DNA of 64,000 nucleotides from Octopus sinensis (taxonomy: Eukaryota): assembly GCF_006345805.1 (NCBI RefSeq), contig NC_043003.1, forward strand, positions 37,944,001 through 38,008,000, written 5' to 3'. The notes beneath the pieces were generated by a model. The model was not told the origin of the DNA, ran no database searches, and saw nothing but the letters and a program-made list of their open reading frames with translations. Below are positions 28,545 through 41,200 of the stretch, piece by piece; the first letter of the stretch is position 1; each line of letters opens with the position of its first letter. A program made the translations under genes and the position numbers.

Positions 28545-28972
28545 ACACCAACATCAAAAATCAATGGAAATTGTAGTTGTGATCCCTGTGCCAGTGGCAC
28601 GTAAAAAGCACCATCCGAACGTGGCCGATGCCAGTGCCACCTTGACTGGCTTCCATGCCGGTGGCACGTAAAAAGCACCATCCGAACGTGGCCAATGCCA
28701 GCGTCGCCTTGACTGCCTTCCATGCTGGTGGCACGTAAAAAGCACCAATCAAATCATGGCCGTTGCCAGCCTCGCCTGGCACCTGTGCCGGTGGCATGTA
28801 AAAAGCACCCACTACACTCACGGAGTGGTTGGTGTTAGGAAGGGCATCCAGCTGTAGAAACACTGCCAGATCAGACTGGAGCCTGGTGCAGCCTTCTGGC
28901 TTCCCAGATCCTGGTCGAACCATCCAACCCATGCTAGCATGGAAAATGGACGTTAAACAATGATGATGATGA
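28545..28972 (+). mobile_element. RTE LINE 3'UTR fragment
   Basis: GTGGCACGTAAAAAGCACCATCCG repeats and a (GAT)n tail, as in 47160-47679. Confidence 0.9.
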
Positions 28973-31900
28973 GAATATAAAAGTCATACAATTGAACTAA
29001 TCTGTTGCTTAAATAAAGATATTTATTTATACAGAGACATAAGGTGCTAAGTAACATCCTAGACAGACCGATAACACAGCATGAGACACACATGAATAGC
29101 AGTATTAAAATCTTTCATTCACCAAATACCAACTACAGAATGAAGGCTGTAGTAGCTTTGACAGTAGTAACTCTGCGTGATCTCACAGCAACTGGCTGAC
29201 ATGAGTAAAAGAGAATGCCAACAAACCCAGAAAGAATGACAGGTTAAGCCAATTTTGATGCATGCAATAAACTACACACATACATGAACTATCAAATAAT
29301 GTGCTGATAATCCAGTCTGAGATCAATGATTTAATCACAAGCTACTTTTGAAATAACAGCAAAACAAATCTCATAGTCTTGTTGTAAAATTCCTTCTAAC
29401 CATCTAAGACAACCATTTAGACTAGATGCTTGTATAGGATGAATTTAATAAAATACACATGCAAGCTAGTTATATTATAGTCTGTAATCAGAACCAAACA
29501 TCATAAGATGAATAGCAACTAGGGTTTTGAAAAAGTTTCCTATTGTCATTTCTAAGTCTAAAAGAACACAACAATACTGTGTTGTCTTTAATTTAGGCAC
29601 CGAATCCTGTATTTTATCTGGCAGAAGAACAATTTAAAATCAGTGTAAAAAACCAAAAATCTAGTGTAGCGAGCACTATGTCAAATAACATGTTTTCAAT
29701 AAAACATTCAGTGAGATTTCTTTATTATTAATAATGGACAATTCCTCCTTGGAGACTCACTGATAAAAGATAAATACAGAAACACCAATGGATGAAAATG
29801 CAGGAGTGTCATCAATTCAGGCTCTACATCTCACAGAAATGTAAAGTCTACGGGAGAGTCATGGCAAAATAATGATGATGATGATGATGGTGGAAGGTGG
29901 GGGCAGACAACAGAAGCCTCTAATTCTCCATCCTGCTTAAATGTCTGATAAAACAAAAACTACAGTTGAATGATTCCTCAACATCTTTAATCAATTCTGA
30001 ATTGCAGTTAGAGCAGAAACATCTGCTCCAAGAACACAAAAATATCCTAGCCAGAATAAAAAATAAAGAAACATAATATTCATATTGTTTGGTGACTCAA
30101 CAATAGCTGAACAGGATTTTTGTGAATGGGGGAGTATATATGCAATAAGAGTAGCAGAGCTTCCCTTGTCTCTTTCTTTCCTTCTTTTTTTTTTTTTTTC
30201 TGAGTCCAAAAGAAGACGTTGGGTGGTGCTCATGGTCTTTTAATGACCTAATAGACTGGGAGACTGGATTACTTGAGAAAAGTGAATGCAATTAACAGCT
30301 AATTTGAACTACTGCATACTAGTAGATGGAATCAGGAAATATCACTGGAAATAGATTTTATTTTCGGGGTGATGGTATATAGATAGGGTATTAAATCTGA
30401 ATGGTTTTTGGATTTCAACATTACACAGAATTCTCCAAGAATAAACTGAAGTGGTTTCCTGTTGCTGTTACCAAATCCATTATAGGATTTACACACAACC
30501 TGTCAAGCTAAACTAAACATTCATAATTATAGGGTGCTCCTACTCTTTATAGTGAAGGCATGTGGGTTAGTGGTTAGGGCATTCGGCTCATGATCGTAAG
30601 GTTGCGAGTTCGATTCCCGGCAACGTGTTGCGTCCTTGAGCAGAACACTTTATTTCACATTGATCCAGTCCACTCAGCTGTCAAAAAATGAGTAGTACCT
30701 GTATTTTAAAAGGGCCAGCCTTATCACACTCTGTGTCACGCTGAATCTCCTTGCGAACTACGCTAAGGGTACACATGTCTGTGAAGTGCTCACCCACTTG
30801 CACATTAATTTCATGAGCAAGCTGTTCTGTTGAACCTTGTTATTGTAACCGACAGAGTGCTCCTACTCTTTACAGCAGTGAGCTGTACCCATTTAAGAGA
30901 CAAATTTATAGCTACAGGATATAATGAGCCTCTACTTCTACTGACTCCATCAGATAGTGAAAAATGTACCACATATCCTGTTAGTGTGCCATTTTCACAT
31001 CAGTATGGCTTTCAAAGCTAATAATTTCTGTAATCACTTCAACTCACAAGAATACTCTGGTTGTTGAAGTTTGCACGATCTACCTTTAATGTACAAGTAG
31101 CATTAAGATACTCTCTGGTTTGAAGAAGACAAGAAGACACTAAGAGTTGATTACATTGACCCAAGTATTTGATTGTTAGTTTATTTAGCATAACAAACCT
31201 GTTAGAGTTAAATGCCACTGATGATACAATTTTACCTATCAAATATAGCCTTGCCATCACCTGTGCTGGCTTGCTTCAGTAGATTCCATTGAACCTTGTA
31301 GTGTATGACCAACTGAAACACTTGGTGCTGCATTGATATTTTTTCCTTTCTCCCCACCTTTTTTTTTGTTTTTGTTTTTCTTTAGTAAAATATATTCCTT
31401 TTCATATTCTGAATAAAATGTACTCTAAACCAATAAATATACTAAAACCTTTAGACAATAAAAGTGACTTCTATGCGTTCATTAAACCTAAGAGTCCAAT
31501 ATACTAACAACTTTAGCCAACAAAGAGATTATATGGTCACTAAAGTTACTAGTTCAACATACTAACACCTTTAGCCAATAAAGAGGCTTCTATGTGGTCA
31601 ATCAACTGGTTACAGACAGTGACCAAATGTTCCTCAAATGACACCCCACCATCTTAAAAAAAGCCAAAAAAAAAAAAATGGTTGGCATCAGGAAGAACAT
31701 TTGGCCATAAAATACTACTTCAATAAGTCTCATCCAACCCATGCCAACATGGAATTGTAGACATAAAATTGATAATGATAGTATGTGTTAATGTATGATG
31801 TGCATTTATAATTACTAGCAATGAAATCTTGGAAAAAAAATCTGATGTACACTGTACAATGACTTTCTTTTAGTATCATGATATAAGGAAAAAACAGGTG

Positions 31901-33747
31901 TTCAGTCAGAGTTCTTTTTTTTTTTTTTTATTAATGTATAAAATACATTGAAAAGATGCAACACATCCTAAATGATAGTAAAAGCAATTTGAAAATGACC
32001 ATTGCATTTTACTGGTGTAGGCTGTAAAAATGCACCACATTGTGGAAATCACCTGATCACTTTTCTGTTTCATGAAAAACAGTCTATATTCAATACAAAT
32101 AAATGTTATACATAATTTGTTCATCTTTTTAAGGTTGGTGCTTGTAATGAAAATTTAGACAAGGAATTCATGAGGTATAAATTGTAGATACATAGAAGGA
32201 CATCATGATTTGTAGGATGTTTAACTATAGTAGTTTCCAAGTAATGTTTGTCCTGGCTATGACATTAAACTGCATCTCATAATGGGGCCCTAGTTTAGGA
32301 GTTCCAAGATTTTGAAGAGTGTGGAACCACTTCTTAGCAACTATTGTTCCTAATTCTATGCTGACCCGGAGTAGGGTTCCAACTATGGGCTAATTAGCAT
32401 GTTATGGAAGAAGCTCTTAGAATGAACCCTCATTGCCTTGTGAGTGCCTTGGGAAAGGGAAAAGGTTAAAGGAATCAATCTTGACAGCAAGTCAAGGGGT
32501 GGAGTCTTTCAGATAGTCTGGTGCCCTCTTTGACACCCTTCTGGTGGGCAACTCCAGAGTAGAAGGAGCTCTCCAGTCCTATAAAGCAATTCACTAAAGA
32601 AAAAGGCTATTCCAATGTAAAACGGACAGTTTACTGGTTACTGCAGCTGCCTTAGCCCACTGAACCACACTGGTTAGACCTCTAAGTCTAAAGAATGAGA
32701 TCAGATTGCATGGACTGACTCTCCTTTTAAAACTATTAAGTGCAAGCAGAAGAAAAAAAGCCTTGCAGCATCAAAGATAGGTTTAGATAGCCACTTGAGG
32801 GCATGCCACTCTTCCTTGTGATCTTCAGACATGAAGCAAAACTGCCATCATGCATACGTAATACTTACGTATGTATGTATGTATGTATGTATGTATGTAT
32901 GAGTAAGATTCAGTTGAATCAGGTACTTAAATTGAGGCACCTTGTTAGATTGGAATAATATACATACACAATATTATGTAAATATCAAACTAGGTACAGA
33001 AGTACCAACCGAATGATATTCATGCAGTGTATGTAGACAATTAGACTCGGCTGAATAAATAGATCTGCTCTTGAGTTATTCAGACATACACATTATATTA
33101 AATATACAGTCCATAATATTTACAAAGGGCAAATTCCAAGACAGGTGAATAAAATATGAATGAGTAAAAGTAGAGGTACAGGTGTCAATCCATGTAATGT
33201 TTCCATTAATCAATTAAAGAAGTCGTTAAAAACAGCCATAATGGATTGCCACCTGTACCTCTACTGTTACTCATTCATATATATACATATATATATATAT
33301 ATATGTATATATAAATATAATAAATATATATGTATATATATATATATTTCTATATATCTTACAAGTCATGATGAATTATATTACAAATATTTGAAATGTG
33401 TATTACAGATATACACTAAAGTACTCTGATACAACTCTACTTCTTACTCATACTAAGATCAGCAAGAAGAACATATATGTAGTTATTTGACCAGCTAGAA
33501 GCAACAGTAAAATTCCTTCAAATGACATCCTACTGCTTCAAGAAAAATAAGAAGGACACATTGAATTGTGTAGATCAAGCTACATTATTCCTGAAAGCAA
33601 AATGGGATTGTCACATTGAAAGTCTTTGATCAAGTTACTAAAGCTAGTTGCAAGATTACCAAGCAGATAAGGTATTGAATATTGGTTATGGTTACTACAG
33701 TAACAATACAGTGTGGGTTATCAGTAAATTAATATTATGCATATAGC

Positions 33748-34126
33748 TTTTACTTGTTTCAGTCATTAGATTGTGGCCTTACTGGAGCACTGCCTTGAAG
33801 AATTTTGAGTCAAATAAATCAACCCCAGTTCATATTTTTTGTTAAAGCCAATACTTATTCTATCAGTCTCTTTTGCTAAACTGCTAAGTTACAGAGATGT
33901 AAACACACCAACACCGGTTGTCAAGTGTTGACAAACACAGATACACACATATATGTATATATACATGATGGTCTTCTTTCAGTTTCCATCTTCCAAATCT
34001 ACTCACACGGCTTTGGTCGCCTGAGGCTATAGCAGGGGACACTCACCCAAGGTGCCATGCAGAGAGACTGAACCTAGAACCATGTAGTTGGGAAGCAAGC
34101 TTCTTACCACACAGCCACACCTACAT
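33748..34126 (-). mobile_element. tRNA-derived SINE, family A (diverged)
   Basis: Colinear with 22895-23317. Its head abuts the 3' end of the U6 copy. Confidence 0.85.
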
Positions 34127-34128
34127 CT

Positions 34129-34230
34129 AAAAATATGGAATGCTTCATGAATTTGCATGTCATTCTGGCACAGAGGCCATGCTAGTCTTCTCTGTATTGT
34201 TCCAGTTTTAGTATGTGTACTGCTGAAGCA
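34129..34230 (-). pseudogene. U6: U6 snRNA pseudogene (near full length)
   Basis: The minus strand reads TGCTTCAGCAGTACACATACTAAAACTGGAACAATACAGAGAAGACTAGCATGGCCTCTGTGCCAGAATGACATGCAAATTCATGAAGCATTCCATATTTTT. This is colinear with canonical U6 (ACAGAGA box, AGC triad, 3' U-run). The CpGs have decayed and the first few nucleotides are missing. Confidence 0.93.
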
Positions 34231-37200
34231 TAAATTTAATGTCATTGTGAAATTAGAGTACATGGTCCTTTTAGGCAGTGTGGACTGAAGATTGAATCAG
34301 CTATTAACTGGTACTTGATTATATCAAACCTGGGAAAAATGAAAGATAAATTTGATCTCAGTATGATTTGCACTCAGAATATAGACAGTCAGTATTTATT
34401 TCAGCTCTTTACATTCTGAGTTAAAATCAAGTTGAGGTCAACTTAACCTTTCATTGTTCTACAGGTTGATGAAAGAGAGTACAAGTGAAGAACTATGTTC
34501 AATAAAATAGACTGTTTCTTTCCCATTCCTTTTGTGCCTGGTATTGTGCCTGTGTTAGAAATTATTATTACTTAATAGATTGCCATATGTACATTAAACA
34601 GTAAGATACAAAATGATGACTTTATTCTTTTATTTGTTTTTCAGTCATATGACTGTGGTCATGCAGGAGAACCGACTTGCATATTTATTTTTAATACGTT
34701 CCAGTAGATTCATCATCATCATCATCGTTGTTGAATGTCTGCTTTTTATGCTGGCATGCACTGGATGGTTTGACAGGAGCTGGACAGCCAGAGAGCTGTC
34801 CAGGCTTCAATTATCTGTTTTGGCTTGGTTTCTATGGCTGGATGCCTTCCCTAATGCCAACCACTGGCATGGATGGTTTTTATGTGTCACTGGCACAGGT
34901 GCATTTTATGTGGCACCACCACAAATGCATTTTATATGGCACTAGTACCTGCAAGACAAAGACCTCTCGGCTGGGAAAGGGAGTGAGGACATGGCCATAT
35001 AAAAACATACCTGTCCAATGTGATATGTTAATCACTGCTGTGTTCATCACAGGAAAACAGTTTCTCTTTTATGATGAATATGCACAGGTTCATAACACAC
35101 TTAATTCATAGTATATATGATTTTGGAACAACTGGTGTTTCAACACCTTTGTGTTTCATCAGCCAGAAGCAACCCCAGACCAATGAATCGAACAAGAGCC
35201 TATGGCCTTGTTTATAATTTCAGTGCGCAAACTGTTTGCTAATCCATGTTGGCATTGTTATATGTATGGGGAATAGCATTGATCTCTTTTTCCTTAACAG
35301 TTAATGTTAAGTAGCCTTCAGTTACTTATTAAAATACAAATATGTATCTTGGTGTAAACTCATTTGTCTAATGGTACATGGTAAACAGTATGACAATAAT
35401 TATTACAGTACCAGTATGAATCATCATTGTTGTCGTTTAACATCCGCTTTCCATGCTAGCATGGGTTGGATGGTTTGACTGAGGACTAGCAAGCCAGAAG
35501 GCTGCACCAGGCTCCAATCTGATCTGGCAAGGTTTCTACAGCTGGATGCCCTTCCTAATGCCAACCACTCCAAGAGTACAGTGGGTATGGGAGCCAGTCA
35601 GGCGGCACTGGCAATGGCCACGCTCGAATGGTGCTTTTTACATACCACCAGTCCCTTGCCTATCCTCATTTTGTCCCCTTCAAACACCAGAACCTACATT
35701 AATCCTTTGATACCAACCCACGAGAAATCATCCCTCTATACTAGTATACAAAGTCATATATTAATTAAAACCTTCTACCATGCTTTTATGTAAGGTGCTT
35801 TTGTTAAGTTATGATACAAACACCATTTTGATAATGAGAGTTCTTAATAATTTCCAAAATTAATTGAAAGGTTATGTGCCCCACCTTTCTTTGAATTACA
35901 ATATAAAGAGAAAAATGCTGCAAATATATATATATATAAAAAAACTAGCATAGTGGTGTCCAGATTCATCTTTATAGTGCAACCCTAGGAAGGTTTGTAT
36001 GTTGATTATAGGTTTCTAATACACCAGAAAATCGTGACACATACAGCTCAATGGGTTTAGTGTGAAGTCTAAGAGAACAACCCTGATTTCCTAACTTCTG
36101 TTCCCTTAAAGCTACATTAAAAAGAGCTTAGGGAGTAAAACCTGAAGAATCGGGAGATAGGATAGTTAAGGCAGTTGGTACTATTTCCAACCAGTAACAA
36201 TGGTGGTGCCAGACTGCATTAGCACTTGTGCTTGGACTATAACGGCGTTGTTGTTGTTGTTTATTCTCGTGTTGGCTCTGATCGAGCAAACCCACGATCA
36301 AACTCGTTCTAGTCACGACTATCAAATTTTATTTTCTGGAATAGTGTACTTCGGGTTGCCTTATCTGATGGCCGCTTTATTAAAACAGTAGGATAAGGGG
36401 TTTTGTGCTGCTATACCAGGGTTGGGAGAAAATGTGGTGTGAGTAGAAGCCTAATGGATACTATAACATAAATCTCTTCATAATTTGTAGCGTGATACAG
36501 AAAGATGCCAGATAAGCAACAGCACACTGCCAAGAAAAAAAAAACAACAAAAAAAGGGAACGTCAGAGTAAGACAAAAAAATCTATAAGCTATGTAACGA
36601 AAATATCTATAAACTATGGCATAAAGATAAATAAATATGGGTTGCACAAAAATAATATATATATATATATATTTCCGCTTCTAAAATGCTAATAAAATAA
36701 AATAATTAACATTATCCCAAGGTATTTTTAGCAACTTTTATAGCAGGAGTTATTTCTCTTGACTTCCGCCACCTCATCACCCAATGATGAGATGCAATGT
36801 TATGTTTGATGAGACAGATGTTTTCTTTTATGGAGTCTAGTTTTTACGCGCAAAATCGAGCGATGAAGCGTTAAAAATTATAGAGAAATAATTAGATCAA
36901 TTATCAGAATAATGTTTACTCAAAGTAGCAGGTGTTTGTGTGAGAGGGGTATATAAAGTGTACGTAAAAGAATAACAGGATTACAAGTTTAACCTCATCA
37001 TCATCATCAGTTTTAGATTCATCTTGCTATGAGTCAATGGGTTGGACATGTTTGCACTACAACATCCGTTCCGCATGCAATGACCCCACACCAGCTATCT
37101 GTTAAATAACACACACACAAGAAAGAGAGAGAGACGAAGTGCTCAGCATAAGTGGACTTTGATTAGTCTTTTGACGTAGCAACAGAACTGGTTGCTCTAA

Positions 37201-38106
37201 AAATCCTTTCGTTGTCAGGTATGCGGGGCCAGTGCAATGTGCATGACAGTAAGCCAAACAAGACAATCTCTGTGTAGTTGCTCGACCTGCTAGAAATACC
37301 AGTCAAACATCCCTCAAATTACACCGTCACTTTGAAAAAGGGAGAGCACATTGCATAATGTAGTCCTACATACACAATGCCACGAGGGGATGATGATCAT
37401 GGCTGAAACATCCATCTACTGATTCAGGGTTGATCTGGTGTTAAACATTAACAGGACTGAAGCGGCCGACAGAGAGTAGAAAGTGAATTGGTCGGGGTTT
37501 AGAACCGATGCTGCATGTTTACAAAGCCAATGGTAGAATTATATAAAAAAAAATATGTCAAATAAACTCGTAGAATGAATAACTTCTTACATTCAACAAG
37601 CCTAGCATTTAAGGAGTCGATAGCGAAAGGGGGGCGGTTGCAAAGCCAACAATTTAATCAATTGTTCGGATCACAGAGATTTATAGTGACTCAATTTTGT
37701 GAATATTTCGCAACCGCGTCTCTATAAGCATCCACAAAGCATGATATCGGTTATTTGTGAGTGAATGAAACTTAATAAATCCAATGCGCTGGTTAACATG
37801 TGTAAGCCATTCAAACAACACAACTATTGGTTTCACACCAGAACATATTAATATGTTTTACGGAAAGAAAAAGAGATAGAGGGGCAGAGTAACGCTGAAA
37901 AACATTGTTGTTGTTTACGTGAACAATGTCAAAATCACTACCGCCCTCCAACAGAAACCAAACACCTTTATATTCCGCTTGTTTTCTTCACTCTTTTCTA
38001 ACCGATTCATAGAAGCATGCTAAGATGCACGATAAAAAGGGTTTCCAATAAATATTATAAAGCTTCCAGTAACAAATTGAAAGTAAATAGATAAAAATCA
38101 ACTTAC

Positions 38107-40120
38107 CATATTTTACATTGTTCCACATAGACATGAGTTTTGATTTGACTTTTTCAAGGTTTTCCCCTTCAGATTGGCCATTACTAGGCGAGGGGTCTAT
38201 TGAAGTACTTGCAAATTCACTAACTGACATAGAACGTCGGGCAGGTACACTACTGGCACGGTGGCTGCTCCCACTACTTGTAGGTATCTTACTACGACTC
38301 GGTCGGTCAGCTGTATAGTAGACATGTTCTTTGGAAGAAGGGCGGTTGGGTTTTTCTTCCACACAGAACACCTCTTCACTGGAACCTTTCATTTTCTTGT
38401 CATGGCTTTTGACTTTTCCTCTATTGTGACTGCTGGATTTACTTGAATAACTTCCATAATCGCTCGTGTTACCGGCGCTACCATAACCACTATCTTTACT
38501 AAAACTACTGTAGTTACCTTTGTAATCAGTATACGCGGTGTTACTACCAAGAGTGTGGCTGTAGTTTGTGTGTTTTCTATTGCTACTCGTGTCGGTACTT
38601 CTAAGAATAGGACTAGTGTTGTAACCACTTCGAATATCAGCAGCGATATCGTGGCCGACTCTGTGCTTACTTGAAATCCTATATGTGGGTTGAGAATCCC
38701 TTAACTGAACAAGTTTTTGGTTGGTTTTATAAAAGTTTTGAATAAAACTATTATCAATGTTACTTATGTTATGTTTATCGCTTGAGGAAGATCTGTGTTT
38801 CGTCTCCCCAGACGGTTTAGGAAGACCGTCTCCGGCAACATTACTGAATGATGTGGTCCCACGAGTATAGGAAGTTAAATCATTCGGAGGTTTTTGATCC
38901 GACAGTAAATAAGATCTGTGTTTATCAGCTTCCACAATATTTTTGTAGTTGGTGTTTTTGCTACTTGTAACGGTAGTATTAATCGTAGTGTTAGCTGTAG
39001 TTGTTGTTGATAATGATGATGTGACATTACAAGATTGCTTATTGGAACGGGCTCGGGCAGCAGCTGATGTCCTGGTTGGAGGGAGCACGATATCATCTTT
39101 CCTTCTGGTATCCAGATATGGTGATGCTGGCGTAGCACGGGCCGGGCTGCCTGGTCCACTAGATGATGGAGATGGACATGAAATTGAACGTTCGGTGACA
39201 AAAGGGGCTGGACTGGGGAAGACTGGTGCAGACTTAACATTGCCACTACTTCCATCCACTTTTTTCCTTGTACTTCGAACATGAGAATCAATGACTATGG
39301 GAGATGGAGGCAGAATTTTCTTGTGACTTCCTTTAGCAATATCGCTTGCGCTGCCAGGAGGACTGCCCGAGACAGCTGTATTATGACGAGAAGGGGATGA
39401 TGAAGACGATCGACTACTTTGTCCACTGTTCGATCGGTGACGATGAGGGCGGTGTTGGTGAGGTGAGGATGGAACTGATGGAAGAATGCGTTTAGTCGAA
39501 GAAGGGGTATGCCTCGGGGAAACCTCCACAGATGACGTCGGAGAATCAAACGAAAGTGGATTTCGAACCAGTTCGGGTATTTCATCCGCGTCGGTCACTC
39601 CAGTGCCATGATAGGCTTTACCTTGTTGGCAATGATGAGACGACATTCGACTGATATATTTTTTACTCTGTGCAGGGCAGCTGGAAACATAGTCAAGAGT
39701 AGACGCATCCGTCGCTTCCTTGGGAACAGGTGACGAAGAGTGGTGATGCTGATGATGTTGGGAACGATGACGGGGGATGTGATTATGTAGTGAGACATCT
39801 TGCTCAGGCGCTGGTGTTTGCATCTGTTTCTTTTTCTTCTTCTGCAGCTGTTGCGGTAGTTCTCGATGCTGATCTGTATTGTAAACGCCGCAATCAGCAC
39901 CTTCTTTAGTAGCCTTCTGCCTCGTTGATGTAGGTGAAGGTGAAGGCGAAGACGACAAATGTCTTAGGGGTGAACAGGGTCCAGACGTCCCAAGTCCAGT
40001 ATTACCAGCAGTGCAGATAGTTGCAGTAGTGTTACGAACTACAACCGTAGTGCCAGTGGCGGCTGTTAGTGTTCTTGCTGCGGTTCGGGAAGAGGATAAA
40101 GCAGCATTGTTATCTGTCAT
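38107..40120 (-). CDS. ATG4D: First coding exon of cysteine protease ATG4C/ATG4D-like (autophagin), with a very long low-complexity N-terminus; downstream exons not found in the window
   Basis: A 671-codon open frame with an in-frame stop just upstream ends in NLEKVKSKLMSMWNNVKYG, matching the conserved ATG4C/D N-terminal motif (K.K.K...AWNNVKYGW). It is followed directly by a canonical phase-1 donor, TAT G|GTAAGT, at 38107/38106. The ORF-track residues after YG are intronic. C versus D orthology cannot be resolved. Confidence 0.85.
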
Positions 40121-40143
40121 TGTCCCAGCAATGATTCAACCAT
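40117..40143 (-). promoter_or_regulatory. Upstream ORF MVESLLGQ* overlapping the main start codon (ATGA)
   Basis: The minus strand reads CGGCGCC ATG GTT GAA TCA TTG CTG GGA CAA TGA. The TGA (40119-40117) overlaps the main ATG (40120-40118). It is functional only if the TSS lies upstream. Confidence 0.6.
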
Positions 40144-41200
40144 GGCGCCGCAGTACGTAAGACTTCTTCTTTGTAATTCAAATACAATGCTTATGCTTCC
40201 TCTGCTTCTTCTTCCTCTGGTGTAATCTTAATAAGAAGCAGAACGTGGATACTTCCTTTGTAAAATAAACATTAGTTGCAATTTATCAGAGCGGTTGTAA
40301 AGAAGAAACCACTCTTTGACATACACACATACGAGAAAGGGCAACTAGCACCGCTCGTAGTGTTAAAGAACGAACACTATTTCTGATTTGACACACACGC
40401 ACGCACTCACTCACACTATCAATCACAAAGAGAAAGCAGACGGTGGTTTTTCCAATAAAGTGGATTGGAAAGGCGAAACGAAACGGATATAAATATGCTT
40501 TTACATGATTAAGTATACATATATATTTATGTATATAAATTTATTTGTATAAAGAACAATCGAGAAATTGTCGGATACTTTATTCTTCCTATTTTCCATT
40601 CCAATTTTGTTTATTAAAGTAGATTCCAAAATTACGAAACGAAACTATCAGTTTCCTCTATATAAATACGCACATACACAATCAGAAATAGTTATCACTT
40701 AATTGTATTTATATATTTATGCGGAGTTAAAAGTCTTTTAGACTACACCTATAATTTTTTTTTATGTATGCATAACAATATGAAGGTGTAGCAATATTTT
40801 TATTTTTATTTTAAATCTTCGTGAGAAATATTTGTTTTTAATTACATTTTCCTTTAGCTGTTCTAGGTTCTATAACATAAATACAAAACATACAAACGAA
40901 AAGAAATTTTAAAAAATACGAGAACTGCTACGCACACACATATACGAATATGAGAGCGTGCATGAACATTAATTTAATGTATTTAAATATTATAAATAAA
41001 AAATATACGTGTGTGTGTGCGTGCGTGTGTGATACTTGTGGAATTAACTGAAATAGTAATACTGTGAGGCAGATGTTGTTTCTACGGTAGGGTCTTATCA
41101 GATCAGGACAGCTTGTGACAATCACGAGATGTAGTCCTTCCGTTCAAAACAAATTGTCAACAAACAAGGAGGTATAACTAAATAACAAGAAATCTTCTGC
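40144..41200 (-). promoter_or_regulatory. Putative 5'UTR/promoter region of the ATG4 gene
   Basis: Repeat-poor and CpG-retaining, immediately upstream of the first exon. No TSS can be pinpointed from sequence. Confidence 0.45.

Noticed and set aside
31039-31260. Minus-strand ORF ending at a GTGAGT donor-like site
   Set aside because: No recognisable protein similarity and no convincing acceptor.
37988-38106. C-terminal tail of the 710-aa ORF (KLIFIYLLSICYW...)
   Set aside because: It lies past the GTAAGT donor at 38106 and is intronic read-through, not a transmembrane tail.
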